DNA of 64,000 bases from Asterias rubens (lineage: Eukaryota): assembly GCF_902459465.1 (NCBI RefSeq), contig NC_047068.1:18662001-18726000 (forward strand). The letters are read 5' to 3'. The position numbers were made by a program, and so were the translations under genes. The notes beneath the pieces are model-generated. The model worked only from the letters and a program-made list of their open reading frames with translations, did no database searches and had not been told where the DNA came from. This document shows, piece after piece, positions 1 through 11,390 of the stretch. Positions within the stretch are counted from its first letter, which is position 1. Every line of letters starts with the position of its first letter.

Positions 1-95
1 TAGGATCCACACAAATACGCCTCGAAATTGCACGGTTTTTCCCCATCATGGTAAATTTTTTTAAACCACAAAATGGCCGACCGTGTTAGTTCTAG
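1..95. mobile_element. Partial copy of the AGGAACAC-TIR foldback MITE
   Basis: gatccacacaaatacgcctcgaaattgcacggtttt and aaatggccgaccgtgttagtt match the copies at 27126 and 38763. Confidence 0.7.
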
Positions 96-384
96 TGCTA
101 GGCGAATAGTGAAATTTTGATATTCGGATACCGCTGGCCAACTATCCGAAATTAACCGGATATTCAAATAGTTTTTTTCGTCGCTAGAGGGCGCTTTTAT
201 AAAATGAAAAAAAAATGCTACTTCGGGAAATTCTATTGGAAACAGAATTCATATGCTTTTCTAAATTCCAATGATGTACAATACTTTGACTAAAATATGT
301 TCAGATGTTTGTTGTATTGACCTAGTTAAAGGTTTTCTTAACTGTTTAACATTAATTCTCTTTCCTGTCTTTCATCCTCTACAG

Positions 385-465
385 ATCAACTAATCGAGAC
401 AGAGAGTGGCAGATCTCCATTCAAGTTCAAGGCCATCATCAGTGGAGATGCAGTGTTGGTCAACA
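385..465 (+). CDS. Isolated 81-nt internal exon candidate of an unidentified plus-strand gene
   Basis: Long pyrimidine tract plus ctacag| acceptor, A|gtaatt donor, length divisible by 3, two open frames (QLIETESGRSPFKFKAIISGDAVLVN or STNRDREWQISIQVQGHHQWRCSVGQ); no family recognised. Confidence 0.4.
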
Positions 466-605
466 GTAATTTAGTGTTTGTAGCTTTGAATTGTTCTACT
501 TGTATCTGGGATGGATCTGAAGGTTTAATATAATATCACCAAGATAATGAAGGCTTTTCTTGAAAGAGCATCATTGTCTGCAAGATTGAAATGTGCACAT
601 CCTGA

Positions 606-1165
606 GTGGTGAATCATTCATACTTTCCTTGTGTGGTGATCTACCTATACTTACCAAGAGTGAATCATTCATACTTCCCTTGTGTGGTGATCTACCTACA
701 TGTTTATTTACCCATGGTGAATCATTCATACTTTCCTTGTGTGGTGATCTACCAATATTTACCCTTGGTGAATCATTCATACTTTCCTTGTGTGGTGATC
801 TACCTATATTTACCCATGGTGAACTATTCATACTTTCCTTGTGTGGTGATCTACCTATATTTACCCATGATGAATCATTCATACTTTCCTTGTGTGGTGA
901 TCTACCTATATTTACCCATGGTGAATCATTCATACTTTCCTTGTGTGGTGATCTTCCTATATTTACCCATGGTGAATCATTCATACTTTCCTAGTGTGGT
1001 GATCTACTCTTATTTCCCTTGTATAGTGAATCATTCATACTTACCTTGTATGGTGATCTACCTATATTTACCCATGGTGAATCATTCATACTTACCTTGT
1101 ATGGTGATCTACCTATATTTACCCATGGTGAATCATTCATACTTTCCTTGTGTGGTGAATCATTC
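606..1165. repeat. 51-bp tandem repeat, about 11 copies
   Basis: Unit ggtgaatcattcatactttccttgtgtggtgatctacctatatttacccat; 17-aa periodicity in the ORF track. Confidence 0.95.
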
Positions 1166-1754
1166 AAATCAAAATTCCAAAAGGCCTAGTTGTATGTAGT
1201 TGTGTTTCACTCACTATTCATTCAGGCCATTCAATTTAGGTGTGCTGATGGCATGGAGTTGACAAACTTGGTTGCCATATAGTGGAGCCGGCATGGGAAT
1301 TTTCCCCCCCTTTTTTCCCCTTATGGGTTTTAGGGGGGTTTTCGCCCATCCCATACATCAGCAGTTAGCAGCCATGCAACTTTTCAGCTGGTCAGCTGAT
1401 TTTATGGTTTTGGTTTTCTCAGCCATTGAAAAGTTAAAACACAGTACAAAATCTTGCTGTGCTTGTTTCTGGAAACTTCAAATCTTTTGCGAAAATTCGA
1501 AGTTGCATGTCTGAAGTAGGTGACACTTTAGTGTCAAAGAAAGAAAAAACAGCACAAAACCTTGCTGTGCCTGTTTATGGAAGTACTATTTCTTCTTTAT
1601 TTGTTTTCTTCTTCAAAATACAAGGTCGGATATGTCTGAAATAGTAGACACTTTAGTGTCTAAACAGGTTCATTAGGTGTCAAAGAAAATTTGACCCTAC
1701 ATTTAAGGTGTGTATTTAATTAATACTGTTGTAGATGAGTAAACATTTCATTAC

Positions 1755-2870
1755 TGAGTTATCCATACTTACCCTGGTGTTGGGTATTCACTACACTTTC
1801 ACATGTGTTTTGAATTACCCATACTTCCCCTGGTGTTGCGTATTCTCTACACTTTCAACTGTGTTTTGAATTACCAATACTTCCCCTGGTGTTGCGTATT
1901 TTCTACATTTTTACCTGTGTCTTGAATTATCCATACTTTCACTGGTGTTGTCTATTCTGTACACTTCACATGTGTTTTGAATTTATACCCATACTTCCCC
2001 TGGTGTTGCGTATTCTCTACACTTTCACTTGTGTTTTGAATTACCCATACTTCCCCTGGTGTTGCGTATTCTCTGCACTTTCACTTGTGTTTTGAATTAC
2101 CCATACTTCCCCTGATGTGACGTATTCTCTACACTTTCACTTGTGTTTTGAATTACCCATACTTCCCCTGATGTGACGTATTCTCTACACTTTCGCTTGT
2201 GTTTTGAACTACCCATACTTCCCCTGATGTGTCGTATTCTCTGCACTTTCACATGTGTTTTGAATATACCCATACCTTACTGGTTTTGCATATTCTCTAC
2301 ACTTCAACATGTGTTTTGAATTACCCATACTTCCCCTGGTGTTGCGTATTCTCTACACTTTCACATGTGTTTTGAATTACCCATACTTCCCATTATCTCG
2401 GGTATTCTCTTCACTTTCACATGTGTTTTGAATTACCCATACTTCCCCTGGTGTTGCGTATTCTCTACACTTTCGCTTGTGTTTTGAACTACCCATACTT
2501 CCCCTGATGTGTCGTATTCTCTGCACTTTCACATGTGTTTTGAATTACCCATACTTCCCATTATCGCGGGTATTCTCTTCACTTTCACATGTGTTTTGAA
2601 TTACCCATACTTGCCTAGGTGTTGGTATTCTCTACAGATTCACCTGTGTTTTTAATTACCCATACTTCGTCTGGTGTGGCGTACTCTCTACACTTTCACA
2701 TGTGTATTGAATTACCCATACCTTACTGGTTTTGCGTATTCTGTACACTTTTACATGTGTTTTGAATTACGGTACCCATACTTTCCCTGGAGTTGTGTAT
2801 TCTCTATACTTTCACTTGCATTTTGAGTTACCCATACTTCCCCCGGTGTGGTGTATTTACTCCCCTTCTG
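1755..2870. repeat. 56-bp satellite array 1, about 20 copies
   Basis: Unit tgtgttttgaattacccatacttcccctggtgttgcgtattctctacactttcaca; period measured 1804 to 1860. Confidence 0.95.
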
Positions 2871-4956
2871 GTTGTGATTTTTGCATACTTCCCTTGTGTG
2901 GTGATCTACTCATACTTTTTTTGTGTGCTGATCTACCCATACTGAAATAGTTTCCCCTTTCAAGTCTATGAAGGTCATAAATTGGGTGTCCAAGTTAATG
3001 ACTTAATATATGATACATTGTAGGTATTTAATTTAGTTAGTTTTGTACATTAGTCTATGTCCCAGGGGTGTGCCAATAATCTTGTCTGGTGATCTACCCA
3101 TTCTTTACTCTGTGATTAATGTCCTTTCCCCTTGAGTGGTGAATTGCTTACACTTTTATTTGTGTGGTGGTCAACCTATTCCTTACACTGTGGTAAATGA
3201 CACTTCTCCTTGTGTTGTGAACTACTCACACGTAGTCGCCCCTTGTGTGGTGAAATATACATACAACCCTTTGTATGGTGAAATAACCACTTTGACTTCA
3301 GCTTAGATTTAGCCACACTTCTCCCTGTGTGGTGAATTACTCAAAATTCCCCTTTTGTCCCAAGATCCATCCCTTAGCTGCACTAAAGATGTATGATTCA
3401 GATATCAATTAATTCATAAATGACAAACTAATAAAAAAAAAATTCCTCATAAAACCAAAGGAAAATCTTCCCTTGCAGATAACCAGGGCACTTTGATTGC
3501 CTTCTTTGGAAACAGTTTTACCAGTCAGAGAGCACTCTGGTTGAAACTGTTCGGAGAAATGTCATACAAATTTTTCTTCTGCATTTGTGGATGAATGTAA
3601 TTTATACCTTCCCTTGCGGATAATCAGGGCACTCTGATTGTCTTCTTGGTAAACAGTTTTACCAGTCAGAGAACACTCTGATTTAAACAAGTTTTTGTAG
3701 AAATGGTTGATTCTAAGAATTGGAAGAGGAAACCCCAACCGCCCTGTCTGAATCATATGTCTTTGTGAAATTATTTTAGTGTAAATTAGTTTAAAAGTAA
3801 TTACTTTATGTAAGAGTTGCTCCTACCAAAGAATGAGACCATGAAAAAGAGTTGTTTTAATTAAAATAATGATTTTTCTCGCAAGCAAAGTCATTATTTA
3901 AGAAATTGGGCAAACACAAAAACAAAATTATGGAAATCTTAGTATCTTGCAGAGATGGAATTTTCTATCCAAAAAAGGACTGATAAAACTCATTTGTTTT
4001 TTTGTTTTGGTAAATCTCAGTAAGTGTTTTCAAAAAGTGTTGATTTTTTCTCTTATGGGTATAGTTATTAATATTTGTCAGTAATTGAGCAAATTATGGA
4101 AATTTCAGTATCTTGCAGAGATATGGAAATTTCTATCAAATAAAATGATAAAATTCCCATACTTGTACTTTTTTTCATTGGGGGTTTTAGCTCTAAAAGA
4201 TATTGAGAATATTTTTTAGAGCTCAAGGTAAAACCACATAAATATCTTGTTGACTCATTGTGTAGGAGCAGCTCATTCTGATGAGGGTTGTATGTATGTT
4301 AGGGCCTCATCCAAACCCTCTGAAAAACTCGCAGAGTTGTGCAAACACCTGTGCCTGTTGGTGGACCCCCTCGGCTGCCTGGAACAAGTGTTGGTCCTGC
4401 TGGTCTGGGTGCGATGGAAGGTATGTTCCCTGTTCAGTGAAGTTTAATTAGATGCACCACTAGTGTTTTGTTTCACTGGTGTATTGCCTTGCAAATTTGA
4501 TGAGCTAGAGCGAAGCAATTTTTGGATGCATACATACTAGCGCATTCCGAGCTGGAAAGTAGTGGTTGGTCCCTAAAACGTTTGGTTCGGCAAGATCTCT
4601 CAAGACGTCGGGATGAGGGCCCCTTATAATTTAGCCTTTTGTTGGTCACGTCACTCTTTTGTTCTCTAGTAAACAGGTTTGAACTGGGGATCTTTCAAGA
4701 TCATCAAAGGTGCCTTCAGATGTCTTTGCTTGAGCCAATGGAATCTGGACTTGGTGGATGATGAGGACTTCTATCCAGTTGATGGTATGAGAGCTGGAGA
4801 AACATGTTCTGCTTGGTCATGCCACTTTACCTAAAAAATATCTAGTAAGAACAACTTTTTATTGCCTTTTGATACCAAAGATGACATTGGATTTGTATTA
4901 ATCGAATTGGTTGGTTGTTAGAAGAGGTCAATGGTTGCAAATTCTCTCCTCTCTTT

Positions 4957-7815
4957 CATTGTGTTTTGAATTACCCATACTTCCCTTGGTGATGCGTATT
5001 CTCTACACTTTCATTGTGTTTTGAATTACCCATACTTCCCCTGGTGTTGCATATTCTCTACACTTTGACATGTGTTTTGAATTACCCATACTTCCCCCGG
5101 TGTTGCGTATTCTCTACACTTTCACCTGTGTTTTGAGTTACCCATACTTCCCCCGTTGTTGCGTATTCTATACATTTCACATGTGTTTTGAATTACCCAT
5201 CCTTCCCCTTTGCGTATTCTATACACTTTCAAATGTGTTTTGAATTACCAATACTTCCCCTTGTGTTGCGTATTCTCTGCATTTTCACCTGTGTTTTGAA
5301 TTACCAATACTTCCCCTTGTGTGTGTTCTCTACACTTTCACCTGTAATTTGAATTACCCATACTTCCCCTGGTGTTGCGTATTCCCTACACTTTCATTGT
5401 GTTTTGAATTACCCATACTTCCCCTGGTTTTGCGTATTTTCTACACTTTCATTGTGTTTTGAATTACCCATATTTTCCCTTATGTTGCGTATTCTCTACT
5501 CTTTCACATGCGTTTCAATTACCCATACTTCCCCTGGTGTTGCGTATTCTCTACACTTTCATTGTGTTCTGAATTACCCATATTTCCCCTTATGTTGCGT
5601 ATTCTATACACATTCACATGTGTTTTGAATTACCCATACTTCCCCTGGTATTGCGTATTCTCTACACATTCATTGTGTTTTGAATTATCCATATTTCCCC
5701 TTATGTTGCGTATTCTCTACACTTTAACATGTGTTTTGAATTATCCATATTTCCCCTTATGTTGCGTATTCTCTACACTTTTACATGTGGTTTGAATTAC
5801 CCATATTTCCCCTTATGTTGCGTATTCTATACACATTCACATGTGTTTTGAATTACCCATACATTCCCTGGTGTTGCATATTCTTTACACTTTCATTGTG
5901 TTGTGAATAACCCATACTTCCCCTGGTATTGCGTATTCTATACACATTCACATGTGTTTTGAATTACCCATACTTGCCCTGGTGTTGCATATTCTCTATC
6001 TTTTCATTGTGTTCTGAATTACCCATATTTTCCCTTATGTTGCGTATTCTATACACATTCACATGTGTTTTGAATTACCCATACTTCCCCTGGTATTGCG
6101 TATTCTCTACACATTCATTGTGTTTTGAATTATCCATACTTCCCCTTACGTTGCGTATTCTCTACACTTTAACATGTGTTTTGAATTATCCATATTTCCC
6201 CTTATGTTGCGTATTCTCTACACTTTTACATGTGTTTTGAATTACCCATATTTCCCCTTATGTTGCGTATTCTATACACATTCACATGTGTTTTGAATTA
6301 CCCATACATTCCCTGGTGTTGCATATTCTTTACACTTTCATTGTGTTGTGAATAACCCATACTTCCCCTGGTATTGCGTATTCTATACACATTCACATGT
6401 GTTTTGAATTACCCATACTTGCCCTGGTGTTGCATATTCTCTACACTTTCATTGTGTTGTGAATTACCCATACTTCCCCTGGTATTGCGTATTCTCTACA
6501 CTTTCACCTGTGTTTTGAATTACCCATTATTCCACTCTTTTGTGTATTCTCTACACTTACACATGTATGGTGAATAACCCATACTTCCCCTGGTCTTCCA
6601 AATTCTCTACACTTTGTGGTGCATTACCCATACTTCCCCTGGCATTACGTATTCTCTACACTTTCACATGTGTTTTAAATTACCCTTACTTCCCCTGGTC
6701 TTATTTGCGTATTCTCTATACTTTTACCTGTCTTTTGAATTACCCATACTTCCCCTGGTCTTGCTAGTTTCTCTACACTTTCAAATGTGTTTTGAATTAC
6801 CCATAATTCCCTGGTGTTGCATAATCTCTACACTTCCAACTGTGTTTTGATCTACCCATAATTCCCCCAGTGTTGCGTATTCTCTACACTTTCACCTGTG
6901 TTTTGAATTACCCATACTTCCCCTGGTATTTCATATTCTCTACACTTTCACCTGTGTTTTGAATTACCCATAATTCCCCTATTCTCTACACTTTCACCTG
7001 TGTTTTGAATTACCCATTATTCCCTTGGTGTTGCTTATTCTCTACTCTTTCACCTGTTTTGAATTTCCCATAATTCCCCTGGTGTTACCTATTCTCTACA
7101 CTTTCAAATGTGTTTTGAATTACCCATAATTCCCCGGTGTTGCGTAATCTCTACACTTCCAACTGTGTGTTGATCTGCCCATAATTCCCCCAGTGTTGCG
7201 TATTCTCTACACTTTCACCTGTGTTTTGAATTACCCATACTTCCCCTGGTATTTCATATTCTCTACACTTTCACCTGTGTTTTGAATTACCCATAATTCC
7301 CCTATTCTCTACACATTCACCTGTGTTTTGAATTACCCATAATTCCCCTGGTGTTACCTATTCTCTACACATTTACTTGTGTTTTGAATTACCCACAATT
7401 CCCTCGGTGTTGCGTATTCGCTACACTTTCACCTATGTTTGGAATTACCCATAATTCCTCTGGTGTTGCCTATTCTCTACACATTTACTTGTGTTTTGAA
7501 TTGCCCATAATTCCCCTGGTGTTGCCTACTCTATACTTTCACCTGTGTTTTGAATTACCCATAATTCCCTTGGTGTTGCCTTTTTTCTCTACACTTTCAC
7601 CTGTGTTTTGAATTACCCACAATTCCCTCAGTGTTGCGTATTCTCTACACTTTCACAGCTGTGTTTTGAATTACCCATAATTCCCTTGTGTTGCGTGTTC
7701 ACGACAATTTCACCTGTTTTGAATTACCCATAATTCCCTGGTGTTGCCTAGTCTCTACACATTCACTTGTGTTTTGAATTACCCATACTTCCCATGGTGT
7801 TGCCTATTCTCTACA
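4957..7815. repeat. 56-bp satellite array 2, about 50 copies, with 54-bp variants
   Basis: Same unit as array 1; variant blocks and a 445-bp higher-order duplication. Confidence 0.95.
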
Positions 7816-8959
7816 ACAAGACATGTTTTGGGACGACCCATACTGTCTTTGAGTGGTGAATAATATCACGATTAATTTTAGCCCTGTTGAAATGCTTGGT
7901 CAGTGTCTGTTCAATTAGGGATGGTAGTCTTAATATTGATCCAATGTCATCTCCAGTATAATTTATTGGCAAACATGCAGTGAGAAAAAATCACTACTTA
8001 TCATGCTCAAACTGTTTGAATTTGTGACGTTTGTGTAATACGTCAGCACTTTTCTGAAGAACTTTGGCGACTTGCTTTACACACAATTGGTAAATAAATT
8101 ACTGGCCATTACAGAACTTGTTTCTCCAACCAGCACATCATCATCTGGATAGAAGTCGTCATCATCTGTTGAGTTAGGATCCCATTGAAACAAGTGTCGA
8201 CACCTCTTGGCACCACCAGTGCGGCTTGGTTGCGAAACCACAATCGGTGAAATCCTAAGCACTCTTGAGGGCACCATTTCGTTTAAGCAAGCAACAACTA
8301 CCTTCTGCTCAGCACTTCTGCGTCTAAAACCAAGCGCTAAATTGCGTCTAGCTTGTTCGATTTGTAAGACAGTACATCGTTGTTACAAACCACTAGTAGT
8401 GCATCTAATTGAACTTCACTGAGCAGAGAACATATCAACCATTGCACTTGGACCTTTAGACCATCACAAGTTCCAGGTGGCCGAGGGGGTCCACCGACAG
8501 GCACAGGTGTTTGCACGACTCTGCTTTTTTTTTGGCCAAAATTTTCAATAAAAAATTGAACATAACTCTCCTTGTAACTTGTGTTTTATTTGCATCATCC
8601 CTTCCCCCCCCCACCCCTCAATTCAAATACGGAAGGTCCATCTTCTCCCGATGGAACCCACCTCCACACTATAAGGACCAATGAAAGCCCCCTCTACAGT
8701 GTGGGGGTGGGTTCCATCGGGTTAAGATGGACCCTCAGGCCACCATGTTTAACTACAATGCAATTGGGTATGTATTAAGTCGCTTTTAGCCAAGAAGTTT
8801 TGCGCATATGAAATTAGGTGTACAAAATAATACACTCCCATTGCTGCACTGTGTTCAAATATGGCTGCCAATTAGGCGACTCAAGTAATAATGAGATATT
8901 AGTCTTCGACCCTCAAAGTTAGCCTTTATTTTCGTACACACAAAACCAAACTTAAAATA

Positions 8960-10870
8960 TTTAAAACCTTTTACACATTTTCAAGCAAAATTTGATAAAA
9001 CCATGCCTTGTAAACATTTTGGGGAAAAATTTGATAAAACCATAAGACTAAATATAGCCTAGTAAACATTTTCAGGCACAATTTGATAAAACCATAAGAC
9101 TATATATAGCCTTGTTAACATTTTTGGGAAAAATTTGATGAAACGCACATTTTCGAGCAAAATTCGTGAAAAACCATAAGACTATAGCCTTGTAAACATT
9201 TTTGGGCAAAATTTGATGAAACCCACATTTTCGGGCAAAATTCGTGAAAAACCATAAGACTATAGCCTTGTGAACATTTTTGGGCAAAATTTGATGAAAA
9301 CCACATTTTAAAGCAAAATTTGATGAAAACCATAAGACTATAGCCTTGTAAACATTTTTGTGCACAATTTGATAAAACACACATTTTCGAGCAAAATTCG
9401 TGAAAAACCATAAGACCATAGCCTTGTAAACATTTTTGGGCAAAATTTGATGAAACCCACATTTTCGGGCAAAATTTGATGAAACCATAAGACTATAGCC
9501 TTGTAAACATTTTTGAGCAAAATTTGATGAAAACCATAAGCCTTGTAAAAATTTTCAGGCAAAATTTGATGAAACCCAGATTTTCGGGCAAAATTCATGA
9601 AAAACCATAAGACTATAGCCTTGTAAACATTTTTGGGCAAACTTTTATGAAAACCACATTTTTGGGCAAAATTTGTGAAAAAACATAAGACTTTAGCCTT
9701 GGAAACATTTTTGGACAAAATTTGATGAAACCCACAATTTCGGGCAAAATTTGATGAAAACCATAAGACTATAGCCTTGTAAACATTTTCAGGCAAAATT
9801 TGATAAAACCATAAGACTATACACCTTGTACACATTTTCAGGCAAAATTTGATGAAACCCACATTTTCGGGCAAAATTCGTGAAAAACCATAAGACATTT
9901 TTGCGCAAAATTTTATGAAACGCACATTTTCGAGCAAAGTTCGTGAAAAACCATAAGACCATAGGCCTTGTAAACACTTTTGGGCAAAATTATGATAAAC
10001 CATAAGACTATAGCCTTGTTAACACTTTTGGGCAAACTTTGATGAAAACCACATTTTCGGGCAAAATTCGTAAAAACCATAAGACTATAGCCATGTACAC
10101 ATTTTTGGCAAAATTTGATAAAAACTACAAGGCTATACTTTCTGGCAAAATTCGTGAAAATCTTTAAGAATTGATTATTAGCCTTGTAAACATTTTTGGG
10201 CTAAAATTTGATGAAAACCACATTTTCGGGCAAAATTCATGAAAAAACATAAGACTACCTTGTAAACATTTTTGGGCAAAATTTGTGAAAAACCAATTAG
10301 ACACATTTTCAAGCAAAATTTGATAAAACCATGAACATTTTGGGGCAAAACTTGATGAAAACCACATTTTCGGGCAAAATTTGATAAAACCACACATTTT
10401 CAAGGTCCATAAACCATAAGGTCTTGCACACATTTTCAAGCATAATTTGCTCAAACCATCTCAAAATTTGATAAAAACCATATTGCTATTATAAGCCTTG
10501 TACTCATTTTCAAGCAAAATTAGACAAAGCCACATTTTCAGGCAAAATTTGATAAAACCAAATTTTTAGGCAAAATTTGATAAAAACCATAAGCCTTGTA
10601 CTTATTTTTAAGCAAAATTTGATAAAGCTACATTTTCAGGTAAAATTTGATAAAACCACATTTTAAAGCAAAATTTGATAACAATAAGGCTATCCCTGCA
10701 CACATTTTCTAGCAAAATTTGATAAAGCCACATTTTTTGGCAAAACCACTTTTTCAGGAACATTTAATAAAGTCACATTTTTAGGCAAAACTTGATAAAA
10801 CCTTGTTTACTTTTTTAAGCAGAATTTGATAAAGCCACATTTTCAGGCAGTTTGATAAAGCCACATTTGG
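8960..10870. repeat. Degenerate modular minisatellite
   Basis: Interleaved modules cacattttcgggcaaaatttgatgaaac and cataagactatagccttgtaaa. Confidence 0.92.
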
Positions 10871-11094
10871 GGGAAAAAGTCCAGATCGTGGTTTCTGTAT
10901 ATACAACTGATTAAGTAAAACATAACGGTTATGCAAAACATCAACATTTTTTATTAGAATCTGAGGGGATTCATCAAAAGTAATATCTCAACCGACCCAT
11001 AATCTTGTAATTAAAAACACCATTGCAAGCAACAAATTTTAGTTTCAAATTTGGTCTATTCATCCTGGTAAGGTTTGTTCAATTAGCAGGGCTA

Positions 11095-11390
11095 CCAATC
11101 GTGCAGGTCCCAGGATACCGGCCCCACGCGCTTTTCCAGATCATCGGGGCCATTGCACCGCCCTCCCGAGCGGGTCCGGTCCGCCACCCCAGGGTTACCC
11201 AGGGCAGTCCCCTACTTTACTAAGGCGGTCCGCTAGCCGAAAAGACTAGGGACTACTTCCGTTGGTCAACCATTTGTGATAACACTGGCCCTCCTAAGGA
11301 AAGGAGCCCGAATGCACCTTTAAGATCAACCACCCAGTGGCCCGAGCCGGAAGTAGGACCCCACCTGCCACGTGCAAGTGTCCAGGTCCC
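11095..11390 (+). other. GC-rich, highly self-complementary 300-bp island of unknown type
   Basis: Several nested complementary pairs (ctacttccg/cggaagtag, gggtcc/ggaccc, ttgcac/gtgcaa, agtccc/gggact) and a caggtccc direct repeat near both ends. Confidence 0.5.

Noticed and set aside
571-10454. Many 60-220 aa ORFs with repeating peptides (MNDSPWVNIGRSPHKES, RILYTFTCVLNYPYFPW, NFARKCGFHQIL)
   Set aside because: They are translations of the 51-bp, 56-bp and modular satellites, open in several frames and both strands, with no splice or domain support
11178-11254. Alternative compact HDV-like parse (GGTCCGCC/GGCGGTCC with AGTCCC/GGGACT)
   Set aside because: P3 is incomplete, L3 lacks the UCC.CG pattern, and no free J4/2 remains once P4 forms; kept only as substructure of the 11095-11390 finding
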